A stretch of DNA of 64,000 nt from Coriobacteriales bacterium (GTDB lineage Bacteria; Actinomycetota; Coriobacteriia; Coriobacteriales; Atopobiaceae), in NCBI GenBank assembly GCA_029101205.1, contig JAQXQO010000134.1, positions 45,281 to 109,280 on the forward strand. The letters are read 5' to 3'. Below are positions 19,313-28,956 of this stretch, in pieces. Each line of letters starts with the position of its first letter. Within the stretch, counting starts at the first letter, position 1. The notes below the pieces were generated by a model that saw only the letters and a list, made by a program, of their open reading frames with translations, was not told the origin of the DNA and did no database searches. Position numbers and translations under genes: made by a program.

Positions 19313-20962
19313 CTACACCGCCTCCCTTCGCCTGCCGAACCTCCACTTACGCCTTCGCTCCACCAGGGCTCGATGTGCTGCCTCGCACTCGGGCAGGCGG
19401 CCCATCTCGCTCAGCAGACGCGCGGTGCCGTGCGCCACGGAGTCCCGGAACGCACCGGGCGCCTCGCACAATGCCCTCGCCTGCCCGGCGGCCATGAACT
19501 CGCCAACCTCGTCCCCACCCTCGACCACGCGCAGCGAGGGGGCGGTCTCGAGCCCCACCTCGGCGCGGTTGATCATCGTGGTGTCGCGCCCCTTGGGGTC
19601 TGCATGGTTGACCATCCTCACGATCCTGGTGCGCGCGACCCCCAGACGGACCGCCAGCGCACCCAGCCTGGCCTGCGCGACCGAGGACCCCGACCCGCCG
19701 TCCACGGTGATGACCAGGCGATCGCACAGCTGGGCTGCCTGGGCTACCGCGTCGGTGAAGGTCGTCGAGGTGTCCACGATCACGAGGTCGCACAGGCCTG
19801 AAAGCACGTCGATGATGTCGCCCACGAGCGGCCAGACGACCTCTGCCATCTCGGGGCGGCTGCAACAGCCCCACAGCCTGATGCCGTCGGCGCAGCCCAC
19901 CCCCAGCCTCGCTATGCGCTCGCGCACCTGCGAGCCATCCCCGGTGGGGTCGCTGCCAAGCACGGACAGATCCACAGGTCTCGGAAGTCCAAAACAGGAG
20001 TAGAGGTTTCCGCACGAGAGGTCCAGATCGCACAGGGCTACCCGCATGCCCCAAGACGCCGCCACGCAGGCGCTGGCCGCGCAGAGCGCCGTCTTTCCAA
20101 CGCCACCCCTTCCCGAGACGTACACGATCACCGGCGCCCCTCCCCTGGGCGCGCTGGCGTCGGGCACCACGGGCATCCGAGGCCTCGCGCCGTCGCCCTC
20201 CCAGCGAGCCGCGGCCCTCTGGGCATCCGTGGAACCCCGAGCGGGGCCTCGCGCGCAGTCCCGCACCGAGCGCTCCGGCGCAGCGGCGGAGGCCTGCGTT
20301 TGGGGCGCTGCGGACTCAGCGGCGCAGGCGACATCGCCAGCAGCGCCCAGAACAGTAGTGCACTCGTCCGGACCCTCTACGCCCAGAACCGTCGTCCTGT
20401 CTTCCGGCACCGCAAGGACTTGCGGCCGCACGTTCCGTCCCCGACCCACCGACGGCCAACCCGCTGGCGCGGCATCGGGCGAAACCGCGTCAGCCGCACT
20501 CGGGCCATGCGAGACGCGCGCTCGCACGTCGCCCCCTCCCGGCGCACTAGCGTCCTTCCCGGCCGCCCAGCCCCGGCCGTCACCAGGCGACCCCGCCGCA
20601 TGTACGGTACCCAGCCAGGGCCGGGCGGCCACGCTGAACTGCGATAGGTCCACGACGTCCGAGATGCCTGCGGTGGCAGCCCTTGACTTCAGCGAGCCCG
20701 AGGCGTGCTCCACCACCAGGGTCACGTCCAGCGCCGTGCCGTCTGCCACGATGGCTGCGGCAAGGTTGACACCGGAGACGTCGCCCGCAGTGCCTCCCAC
20801 CACCACATGAGAGCCAGGAGTACGAATGGCGTCATCGCGCAACCCCTCGGCGGAGGACGAGAGGGTCAGCGTGGCATGGGAGTCCAGCGTCAGCACGACG
20901 TCCACCAACTGGTCTTGCATCTGTGGCGCGCAATAGCCCAGCCAACGGTTAGTGACCCTCAT
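19313..20962 (-). CDS. CpaE/TadZ-like (MinD/ParA) ATPase with receiver-like N-terminus and long low-complexity linker
   Basis: SGRGGVGKT, DLDLSCG, VIVDT; lies between cpaB and cpaF. Confidence 0.8.
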   Translation of the reverse strand: MRVTNRWLGYCAPQMQDQLVDVVLTLDSHATLTLSSSAEGLRDDAIRTPGSHVVVGGTAGDVSGVNLAAAIVADGTALDVTLVVEHASGSLKSRAATAGISDVVDLSQFSVAARPWLGTVHAAGSPGDGRGWAAGKDASAPGGGDVRARVSHGPSAADAVSPDAAPAGWPSVGRGRNVRPQVLAVPEDRTTVLGVEGPDECTTVLGAAGDVACAAESAAPQTQASAAAPERSVRDCARGPARGSTDAQRAAARWEGDGARPRMPVVPDASAPRGGAPVIVYVSGRGGVGKTALCAASACVAASWGMRVALCDLDLSCGNLYSCFGLPRPVDLSVLGSDPTGDGSQVRERIARLGVGCADGIRLWGCCSRPEMAEVVWPLVGDIIDVLSGLCDLVIVDTSTTFTDAVAQAAQLCDRLVITVDGGSGSSVAQARLGALAVRLGVARTRIVRMVNHADPKGRDTTMINRAEVGLETAPSLRVVEGGDEVGEFMAAGQARALCEAPGAFRDSVAHGTARLLSEMGRLPECEAAHRALVERRRKWRFGRRREAV

Positions 20963-21675
20963 TGCGTCCCCCTCTGGTTCTCATCGCTTGTCGAACCCAC
21001 CGCGATCGGCGCGGACATCTCGCCCTCGCCCAGCCCGCTGACATCCGCGGCGGGCATCACCAGCCGCAGCGTGCCCGCGGTGCTGGACGAGAGCACCGCC
21101 GAGACCGAATCCGGCGGCACGGCGATGGTGACGGTCGACCTCCCCAAGGCCGAACCTTCCCCATCCACGCCCGTCGACCGGAGCACCGTCACGTCGTCCG
21201 TCATCAGGCGCGCACCACCCTCGACCGCCTCGTACGCCGCCACGCGCGTACCGTTAGGCGCTCCACCCCAAAGGCCAAGCTTTTCGCTGACCGCCACGCT
21301 GAGCGCGACGTGCCCCGCGGGCACCTCGACAGACTGCTCGTCCTCGCGAAAGTTCAGCCTGGTCAGAGGCGCACCAGCGGCCAGGGGCACGGTCACCTTT
21401 CTCCCCACAGCATCATCTACGCTGGTGATTGCGTCCTCGGGCGTCAGCTCGGCCACCCAGTCGCCCGTCGTCACGTTCGTGCGCGACACGACGTCGCCCA
21501 CCTCCAGCCCATCGGGCGCCACAACCAGGCTCACGACCTCGCCACCGTAGCGCGCCAGCGCCTCGGACCTCTGGCGCACCGCGTCCTGGCGCACCGAGTC
21601 CGCGTACGCCAGGCACAGGAGCACGGCCAGGAGCGCGCATGCGCCGGAAAGCACAACCCTGAAGCGAAGTGTCAT
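20959..21675 (-). CDS. cpaB: CpaB/RcpC (SAF domain) pilus assembly protein
   Basis: N-terminal TM, SAF-like LVVA...GDVV...AVGRKV...PL-x-AGAPLT, VPAGHVALSV. Confidence 0.8.
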   Translation of the reverse strand: MTLRFRVVLSGACALLAVLLCLAYADSVRQDAVRQRSEALARYGGEVVSLVVAPDGLEVGDVVSRTNVTTGDWVAELTPEDAITSVDDAVGRKVTVPLAAGAPLTRLNFREDEQSVEVPAGHVALSVAVSEKLGLWGGAPNGTRVAAYEAVEGGARLMTDDVTVLRSTGVDGEGSALGRSTVTIAVPPDSVSAVLSSSTAGTLRLVMPAADVSGLGEGEMSAPIAVGSTSDENQRGTQ

Positions 21676-22021
21676 CGGAACCTCCCGCGACGTGCGGGCG
21701 CGCCATCCAGGTGCGCCGCCTCCTCCGTAGGGAGATTCTGCTATGGAAGGGGGCGCCCGCCCCCGTCGTCCAAAGAAACCCCCGCAGCAAGCTGGCAGGC
21801 AAATGGCACGTATTTGGCACGCGCGGAAGAGAAGCCCAGAAAAGCAGGGCACAGCGTCGCCCTCAATAGATGAGTTAGCTTAATTTTTTATATGTAGGCG
21901 GCATGCAGAGCCAGCCAGGAGAGCGGCGCCCTTCTCGACCGGAGCTCTTCTCGACCGAAGCCCCTCTGGACACGACGCCCTGTCTGAAAGCCATTGCCGC
22001 CAAGGGAGTTCATTAGCACGC

Positions 22022-22061
22022 AAAAAGGCGCCTTGGGACCCAAAAAGGTCACCAAGGCGCC
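22022..22061 (-). terminator. Intrinsic terminator of rsgA
   Basis: GGCGCCTTGG/CCAAGGCGCC stem with U-tract on the minus strand. Confidence 0.75.
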
Positions 22062-22103
22062 CCTAAACGTTCTTCGGCCAGCGCTTATACCACGGCCGGC
22101 ACC

Positions 22104-23393
22104 CTAAAGCACCACGTCGGGGTCAAGCGAGGCCGCACTGGCCCGCATCTCGGCCGCCAGCGACACGTACGCTTCCACGCGCTCGGGTGGGAACTCCCCG
22201 GCCTCCAGGCCGGTACGCACCTGACAGCCCGGCTCGCGCGTGTGCGTGCAGTCGCGAAAGCGACAGCCCATGGCGGCCTGCGCGATGTCGGGAAACACCT
22301 GGGCAAGCCCGCGCTCGTGGCCCACCAGCGGCAGGCTGCGCAATCCCGGCTCGTCTACGATGACCCCCGCCCCCGGCAGGGACACCATGCGGCGCGACAC
22401 CGTCGTGTGCCTGCCCGCGTCGTCGCTCTGACGCACCTGCGCGGTCCTGAGCACGTCGTCGCGCAAGAGGGCGTTCAGCAGCGTGGACTTGCCCGCGCCC
22501 GACTCGCCCAGCACTATGGCCACAACGCCGGGCCCCACCAGGTCGCGGACGCCCTCGGTACCCCAGCCCACGTGCAGCTGGGTGCACAGCTGGCTGAGCT
22601 CGCCCTCCTGGGAGCCGTCCCCCCCGGCGGCGTTCCTCTGCGCCTGGCTCGAGGTCACCACCAGCGAGACGTCTGGGCCCAGCACGGTGCGCAGCAGGCC
22701 GACGTCCTGGCGAATGACCTCATCCGACGCGCGGTCCGCCTTCGTCAGCACCACGGCCACGCGCGCCCCGCAGTCGCGGGCGATGACGGCAGAGCGCACC
22801 ACCCTGTCGCAGTCGATGGGTCGGGGACCCAGCGCCTGCGACACCAGGACCACGTCCACGTTGGCAGCCAGGGTCTGCCTCTCGCCGCGCGCCTTCCCGC
22901 GCCAGCGGGCTATGTCGCTTCTACGCGGCAGGATCTTCTCGATGAGCCAGCGGTCGTGGCCGGCGGGGCAGCGCACGCACACCCAGTCGCCCACCGCCAC
23001 CTTGCTGTTCTGCTGGCCCTTCGTAAGCCTGGCCGCGAACTCGGCACGCGCGAGCCCCTGCGGGCACACGATGGCGGGAAAGCCCCTGTCCAGGCGCACA
23101 ACGCAGCCCATGTGCAGCTGGTCCGGCGATGCCTCGCCCTGCCGCACCAGCTCGTCTGCGCACAACTGGAACGCGTCGCGCTGCTGCTGCGTGAAGGAGA
23201 GCTTCTGGTAGTCGGGCACGTTCGTCAAAGACGAGAGCTCCGGCAGGGTCGCCTCCTCCGATGCGCTCAGCCCCTCCCTGGGCTTGCGCGCCGCGTTGCG
23301 ACCACGCGCGCGACCGCCGCGCGCGGAGCGTCCTCCGTTTTTCGAGCGCTTTGCCAACCCGCACCCCCTCGCATCCCAGTCGGCCACCGCCAC
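22104..23393 (-). CDS. rsgA: Ribosome small subunit-dependent GTPase A
   Basis: LTKAD, GESGAGKSTL, GRHTT, CRFRDCTHTREPGC. True start may be TTG at 23357. Confidence 0.92.
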   Translation of the reverse strand: MAVADWDARGCGLAKRSKNGGRSARGGRARGRNAARKPREGLSASEEATLPELSSLTNVPDYQKLSFTQQQRDAFQLCADELVRQGEASPDQLHMGCVVRLDRGFPAIVCPQGLARAEFAARLTKGQQNSKVAVGDWVCVRCPAGHDRWLIEKILPRRSDIARWRGKARGERQTLAANVDVVLVSQALGPRPIDCDRVVRSAVIARDCGARVAVVLTKADRASDEVIRQDVGLLRTVLGPDVSLVVTSSQAQRNAAGGDGSQEGELSQLCTQLHVGWGTEGVRDLVGPGVVAIVLGESGAGKSTLLNALLRDDVLRTAQVRQSDDAGRHTTVSRRMVSLPGAGVIVDEPGLRSLPLVGHERGLAQVFPDIAQAAMGCRFRDCTHTREPGCQVRTGLEAGEFPPERVEAYVSLAAEMRASAASLDPDVVL

Positions 23394-23630
23394 CCGGACG
23401 GCATCCGTCTAACTATAACCGAGCGGCAGCGCACCGAACGAATGCCAAATAATGCGCCTTCGAAAGGAGGTCGCCCCGCAACGTCAGACGCTCACACGGC
23501 TCACCCGAAAATTACCGTCGCCTGGCGGTCATAACCTGCAACTCATGAAGAAATCTGCGTTAAACTTCAAACGTCTGGGTTCACGTCGCGCGGATACGGA
23601 CCGCGCGCACACCTTTGGGAAAGGAACACC

Positions 23631-24635
23631 ATGAAGATTCTGTTCTATGGCACCGCGAGCTACGACAAGGACTCTTTCACGAAGGAGCTCCCCGACTATC
23701 CCGACGTCCAGATCGACTTCATCGAGACCAACCTCACGCCCATGACCGCTGCCCTGGCGCGCGGCTATGACGCAGTGTGCGCGTTCGTGAACGCAGACGT
23801 TCACGCCATGACCCTCGAGATCCTCTCGGGCTTCGGCGTAAAGCTAGTCCTCATGCGCTGCGCCGGCTTCGACGCCGTCGACGTCGACATGGCCAAGTCC
23901 CTCGGCATCAAGGTCACCCGCGTTCCCGCCTACTCTCCTGAGGCCATCGCCGAGCACGCCATGGCCCTGGGCCTGTGCGCCAACCGCCGCATCCACAAGG
24001 GCTACATCCGCGTGCGCGAGAACGACTTCTCGCTGGACGGCCTGGTCGGCGAGACCCTGCACGGCAAGACCGCAGGCATCATCGGCACCGGTCGCATCGG
24101 CGCCGCCCTCTGCCGCATTTGCAAGGGCTTCGGCATGACCGTCCTGGGCTCCGACCTGTATCCCAACCAGAAGCTGGTTGACGAGGAGCACGTCGTCGAC
24201 GAGTACGTCGACTACGACGAGCTGTTCCACCGCGCCGACTTCATCTCGCTGCATGCCTTCCTCAACGAGGAGAGCTACCACATGATCAACGACGACGCCA
24301 TCGCAAAGATGAAGAAGGGCGTCATCTTCGTGAACACCGGCCGTGGTGGCCTGGTCGACACCAAGGCCCTCATCCGCGGCATCATCTCCGGCAAGATCGG
24401 CGCCGCCGGCCTGGACGTGTACGAGGAGGAGAACGAGAACGTCTACCGCAACCGCAGCGGCCTGGTCATCGACTCCATCACTTCGCGCCTGTGCGCCTTC
24501 CCGAACGTCGTTATGACCTCTCACCAGGCGTTCTTCACCAAGGAGGCCCTGGGCGAGATCGCTCGCGTCACCCTGGACAACGCCGAGGCGTTCGCCAAGG
24601 GCGAGGACTTCGTCGCTCGCAGCGTCGTCTGCTAG
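23631..24635 (+). CDS. ldhA: D-lactate dehydrogenase (D-2-hydroxyacid DH)
   Basis: RCAGFD, RVPAYSPEAIAEH, GTGRIG, GLDVYEEE, SHQAFFT. Confidence 0.92.
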   Translation: MKILFYGTASYDKDSFTKELPDYPDVQIDFIETNLTPMTAALARGYDAVCAFVNADVHAMTLEILSGFGVKLVLMRCAGFDAVDVDMAKSLGIKVTRVPAYSPEAIAEHAMALGLCANRRIHKGYIRVRENDFSLDGLVGETLHGKTAGIIGTGRIGAALCRICKGFGMTVLGSDLYPNQKLVDEEHVVDEYVDYDELFHRADFISLHAFLNEESYHMINDDAIAKMKKGVIFVNTGRGGLVDTKALIRGIISGKIGAAGLDVYEEENENVYRNRSGLVIDSITSRLCAFPNVVMTSHQAFFTKEALGEIARVTLDNAEAFAKGEDFVARSVVC

Positions 24636-24810
24636 CACTTTAGCATCATAACGTCAAGTTTCCGAAATATTTGCCGCCAAGCCTTTATTTATCGACCGTT
24701 CACGATAGACTGGTTGTGCTTGAGTTGTTCGTGTGTTTTGGAAACCGCACTGTTGGGGTGCCCGGTGGACTCAAGCGTCTACCGGGCACTTTGATGTAAG
24801 GAGCACATAC

Positions 24811-26253
24811 ATGGCAAACAAGAGAACGAAGATCGTCTGCACTATGGGTCCCGCCACCGAAAGCGACGACGTTCTGCGCGAGCTCATCAAGAGCGGCATG
24901 AACGTGGCCCGCTTCAACTTCTCGCACGGCTCCCATGACTACCACCGCAACAACATGGAGCGTGTCCGCCGCATCGCCAAGGAGCTAGGCACCTACGTCG
25001 CCATCATGCTGGACACCAAGGGTCCCGAGATTCGTACCGGCCTGCTGAAGGACCACCAGAAGATCACGCTGGAGACCGGCGCCGACACCATCATCACCAC
25101 CGACACCTCCATCGAGGGCACGCCCGAGCGCTTCTCGCTGGACTACCAGAACCTCCCCAACGAGGTCACCAAGGGCTCCACGATCCTGATTGACGACGGC
25201 CTCATCGGCTTGACCGTCGACCACGTCGAGGGCAACGACATGTACTGCCACGTCGACAACGGCGGCGAGCTGGGCGAGAAGAAGGGCGTCAACGTCCCGA
25301 ACGTCGAGGTTGGCCTGCCTTCCGTCACCGAGCAGGACCGCGCTGACATCATGTTCGGCTGCGAGCTGGGCATCGACGCCATCTCCGCCTCCTTTATCCG
25401 CAACGGCCAGGCCGTCGAGGAGATTCGCGACATCTGCAAGCAGATGGGCGCTCCCCACGTCATGATCCTGCCGAAGATCGAGAGCGCCATGGGCGTCAAG
25501 AACTTCGACGAGATCCTGGAGCACTCCGACGGCATCATGGTCGCCCGTGGCGACCTGGGCGTCGAGATTCCGCCCGAGCAGGTGCCCCACGTGCAGAAGA
25601 CCATCATCCGCAAGTGCAGCGAGGCCTACAAGCCCGTCATCACCGCCACGCAGATGCTGGACTCCATGATCCGCAACCCTCGTCCGACCCGCGCCGAGGT
25701 CAACGACGTCGCCAACGCCATCTACGACGGCACCGACTGCGTCATGCTGTCCGGTGAGACCGCTGCCGGCAAGTACCCCGTCCAGGCCGTGAAGACCATG
25801 GCCTCCATCTGCCGCGAGACCGAGCGCTACCTGAAGGAGCGCAAGCAGTACCACGACCGTGGTGGCGTACGCAACGTCAACGGCGCCGTGGGCTACGCTG
25901 CCGTCAGCATGGCCGACCGTGTGAACGCCAAGTGCATCATCGCCCCGACTCACTCCGGCCGCACCGCCCGCCTGATCGCTGACTTCCGTCCCAGCCTGCC
26001 CGTCTACGCCATGTCGCCCAGCGACATCGCGCTGCGTCGCTGCTGCTTCCTGTGGGGCGTCGAGGGCTACAAGACCTCCGAGAAGGGCAGCCTGTCCGAC
26101 ACCTGCTACAACGCGCTGACCACCGCAAAGGAGAACGGCCTGGCGCAGCCTGGTGACCTCGTGGTCATCACCGCCGGCGACCCGCACACCTCTCCTTCCC
26201 AGGGCGACTACATCACCTCGACCAACATGGCCATGATTGCCCAGGTGCAGTAG
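24811..26253 (+). CDS. pyk: Pyruvate kinase
   Basis: RTKIVCTMGPA, DTKGPEIRTG, MVARGDLGVE, MLSGETA. Confidence 0.98.
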   Translation: MANKRTKIVCTMGPATESDDVLRELIKSGMNVARFNFSHGSHDYHRNNMERVRRIAKELGTYVAIMLDTKGPEIRTGLLKDHQKITLETGADTIITTDTSIEGTPERFSLDYQNLPNEVTKGSTILIDDGLIGLTVDHVEGNDMYCHVDNGGELGEKKGVNVPNVEVGLPSVTEQDRADIMFGCELGIDAISASFIRNGQAVEEIRDICKQMGAPHVMILPKIESAMGVKNFDEILEHSDGIMVARGDLGVEIPPEQVPHVQKTIIRKCSEAYKPVITATQMLDSMIRNPRPTRAEVNDVANAIYDGTDCVMLSGETAAGKYPVQAVKTMASICRETERYLKERKQYHDRGGVRNVNGAVGYAAVSMADRVNAKCIIAPTHSGRTARLIADFRPSLPVYAMSPSDIALRRCCFLWGVEGYKTSEKGSLSDTCYNALTTAKENGLAQPGDLVVITAGDPHTSPSQGDYITSTNMAMIAQVQ

Positions 26254-26292
26254 GTTCCAAACAGGATTTCGCACCACAGCATTCCCGAACGC

Positions 26293-26329
26293 AAAGGGGA
26301 GTGGCAGAGTATCTGCCACTCCCCTTTTT
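26293..26329. terminator. Bidirectional intrinsic terminator
   Basis: AAAGGGGAGTGGCAGA-GTA-TCTGCCACTCCCCTTTTT. Confidence 0.9.
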
Positions 26330-26375
26330 CGTCACGCAACGCGTCCAGGACGACGGCTGCGCTTCTTGACCGCGG

Positions 26376-27737
26376 CTAGCGCTCGCACAGCCAGTAGTGG
26401 CAGCTGTAGGGACCCACCTCGGAGCCACCGCCGAAGTCGTGGTCCTCCCCCGTGATGAGGTCGACCGCACGGCCGCAGCCGGCGTCGAAGTGCAGCGTGC
26501 AGGGCTCGGCGGAGGCGTTCACGGCCACAATGACGCGCTTGCCGCCGGCGGCGCGCTGGAACACCAGCTGTTGGGGCTGGCACTGCAGCTGGTGGTAGTC
26601 GCCGTTGCACAGCGCCTCGGCGCCCTCGCTGGAGGTGCGGGCCTGGGCCAGGCTCTGAATCCAGTCGGTCAGGTCGTTCCACTGCGGCTGGTCAATGGCG
26701 GGTCGCAGCTCGTGGTCACCGGGCAGCTGCTGGCCCTCGATGCCCCACTCGCTGCCGTAGTACACGCTGGGCACGCCCGGGATGCCGAACAGCAGGCCGT
26801 ACAGGGGCTTCAGCTGGTCCTTGTTCTCCAGCTTCGTCGCGATGCGCGGCACGTCGTGGTTGTCGACGAAGTCCAGCAGGTGCTTTCCGGTGTAGAGGTC
26901 CCAGGGCTTGTCGCCGCTCTGGCGTTCAAAGGCGTAGGCCACCTCGTGCATGTTTGCCGAGTTGAACGAGCTCCACAGGCCCTTGTACACCTCGTAGTTC
27001 GTGACCGAGTCACATGCGTGGTCGTTCATCCAGCGGTTGTAGTCGCCGAACATCGTCTCTCCCAGAAGCAGGAACTTGCTGCCGCGCTTCTGCGTGAGCC
27101 CGTTCGCGATGTCGCGCAGGTAGCCAAGGAAGCCCAGGTCCAGGCAGTAGGCCACGTCCAGGCGCAGGCCGTCTATGTCGTAGTCGGCCTCCCAGCTGCG
27201 GATGACGTCGGCCAGATAGGCGTTCAAGTCGAAGTTCGCGTGGTTCAGTTTTACGAGGTAGGGCACGCCCTCCCAGCACTCGTACGACAGGCCGTCGTTC
27301 CACTGGTTGTTGCCGCCCCAGTCGATGTTGAACCAGCCGGCGTACTTGCTGGCCTGGCGGTTCTGCAGCACGTCCTGGAAGGCCCAGAACCCGCGTCCCA
27401 CGTGGTTGAACACGCCGTCCAAAAGCACGCGGATGCCCGCGTCGTGAAAGGCCTTGACCACCGTGGCCAGGTCCTCGTTCGTGCCCAGACGCTGGTCCAC
27501 CTTCGTGTAGTCGATGGTGTCGTAGCCGTGCGCCTCGCTCTGGAAGACCGGGTTCAGAAGCACGCAGGAGGCACCCAGCTTCTGCATGTGCTCCACCCAG
27601 CCGTTGTTCACTAGCTGCAGGATGCGGTGCTGGTCGTCGTTCGTCTGACCCTCGGTGGTGCCGTCGTTCTTCCACGGTGCTCCCGTGAGGCCCAGAGGGT
27701 AGATCTGATACACCACGCTGCCGTCATACCAGTTCAT
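26376..27737 (-). CDS. GH13 alpha-amylase/cyclomaltodextrinase-like glycosidase
   Basis: YQIYPLG, HGYDT, DGVFNHVG, DGLRLDVA, GE, FVDNHD. Has its own ATG and GGAGA RBS, yet is in frame with the upstream HTH ORF (fused ORF 26376-28058). Confidence 0.9.
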   Translation of the reverse strand: MNWYDGSVVYQIYPLGLTGAPWKNDGTTEGQTNDDQHRILQLVNNGWVEHMQKLGASCVLLNPVFQSEAHGYDTIDYTKVDQRLGTNEDLATVVKAFHDAGIRVLLDGVFNHVGRGFWAFQDVLQNRQASKYAGWFNIDWGGNNQWNDGLSYECWEGVPYLVKLNHANFDLNAYLADVIRSWEADYDIDGLRLDVAYCLDLGFLGYLRDIANGLTQKRGSKFLLLGETMFGDYNRWMNDHACDSVTNYEVYKGLWSSFNSANMHEVAYAFERQSGDKPWDLYTGKHLLDFVDNHDVPRIATKLENKDQLKPLYGLLFGIPGVPSVYYGSEWGIEGQQLPGDHELRPAIDQPQWNDLTDWIQSLAQARTSSEGAEALCNGDYHQLQCQPQQLVFQRAAGGKRVIVAVNASAEPCTLHFDAGCGRAVDLITGEDHDFGGGSEVGPYSCHYWLCER

Positions 27738-28058
27738 GCTGTTTCTCCAATCCTGTTGGACGAGCTGCTGCTTGCGCACGCGCTTGGGCACGCCATGGCT
27801 CAGGCCGATGCGCCCCAGCTCGCTGTTCGAGGGGTCCACCGCGGAGCTCACCTTGTCCCTGAGGCCGAACTCCCCGCACATGTCCAGCACGGTGCCCATG
27901 GACACGCTGGCATCGCCGCGCTCCACGCGCGACACGGTGTCGCGCGACACGCCCACGGTCCTAGCCAGGTCGTCTGCCGTAACGCCCGAGATGGCCCGCC
28001 AGGTCTTCAGGCTTTGTCCTATGCTCTGCATTGCGTCTTCGGAAGCGGATGAAGTCAT
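27738..28058 (-). CDS. XRE-family HTH protein (HipB-like antitoxin type), lacking a stop codon
   Basis: LKTWR...DLARTVGVSRDTVSRVERGDASVSMGT...DP...LGR...PKRVR; RBS AAGGAG. Confidence 0.75.
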
Positions 28059-28071
28059 ACCAAACTCCTTA

Positions 28072-28089
28072 TGTCTGCTTTATCCGACA
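28072..28089. promoter_or_regulatory. Probable autoregulatory operator of the XRE gene
   Basis: Near-palindrome TGTCTG-CTTTAT-CCGACA immediately upstream of the RBS. Confidence 0.55.
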
Positions 28090-28143
28090 CAACATCTTAT
28101 AGCATAGTTTTTCTCAGACATTCGCTAGAATTTTGTGCATAGC

Positions 28144-28171
28144 AAAAGGGGGCGCCCCGAAGGACGCCCCC
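28144..28171 (-). terminator. Terminator of ferritin gene
   Basis: GGGGGCG...CGCCCCC stem with U-tract on the minus strand. Confidence 0.75.
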
Positions 28172-28212
28172 CCTGCGGGCGATGCCCGCCGCACGGTGCT
28201 TAGACAGCTGAG

Positions 28213-28728
28213 CTACATGGCCATCGTGGGAGCCACGAACACGCGCGCCTGGTACTTCTGGTCCAGGTCGAACAGGCCCTGCGGGGTCGAGCCGAACAGC
28301 TTGTAGTCGTTAATCATGTCCTTGGCGTTCGTCTCCTCCTCGCCCTGCTCCTTCACGAACCAGTCCAGCAGCTGCATGGTGCGGAAGTCGTGCACCTCGT
28401 AGGCGGCCTGGTAGCAGTCGTTAATCAGGCTGGTGACGTACTGCTCGTGCTTGTAGCCCTCCTCCAGCGGCTCTAGGTCGTTGGCAAAGGTCTTGTCGGG
28501 CTTGTCGATGGCCTCCATGGTGGGCTTGAAGTCGTTGTCCAGCAGATAACGGCGCAGGATCTTCGCGTGGGCAACCTCCTCCTGCACCTGGATCATGTAC
28601 CAGTTGGCGTAGCCCTTCAGGCCACGGTCGTCGTAGTAGTCGGCGAAGGTCAGGTACAGGTACGCCGAGTACAGCTCCTTGTTGATCTGGTTGTTCAGGG
28701 CAGAGGTAACGTTTGCATCCAAAGCCAT
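28213..28728 (-). CDS. ftnA: Non-heme ferritin
   Basis: LNNQINKELYSAYLY, QEEVAHA, HEQYVT, WFVKEQGEEE. Confidence 0.95.
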   Translation of the reverse strand: MALDANVTSALNNQINKELYSAYLYLTFADYYDDRGLKGYANWYMIQVQEEVAHAKILRRYLLDNDFKPTMEAIDKPDKTFANDLEPLEEGYKHEQYVTSLINDCYQAAYEVHDFRTMQLLDWFVKEQGEEETNAKDMINDYKLFGSTPQGLFDLDQKYQARVFVAPTMAM

Positions 28729-28956
28729 AGCAGGTCCTTCCTCCGGTTTGTTCGGGTCCCATCGGGCCCGGGGCATCAATCCTTGCCCCATGGTAAACCT
28801 GTTCCCCATCCAAGGCCATGCATTCCCACGATGTCGGGTTTGCGTCGAACGTCCACGCATCCATGTGCCCAAACGGGCGTCTCATCGGTGACGCCAGCGC
28901 CCCATCGCCCGTCGCCGCATCTGCCACTCCCCGCCCGCGGCTTCGGGCAAGAAGGG

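Noticed and set aside
21804-21819. Sigma54 promoter-like TGGCAC-N5-TGGC
   Set aside because: Points away from the tad operon and mismatches the -12 element; better read as direct repeats.
9280-21900. Tad cluster as an intact integrative element at tRNA-Phe
   Set aside because: No integrase, relaxase, T4SS or duplicated tRNA 3' end was found at the far boundary.
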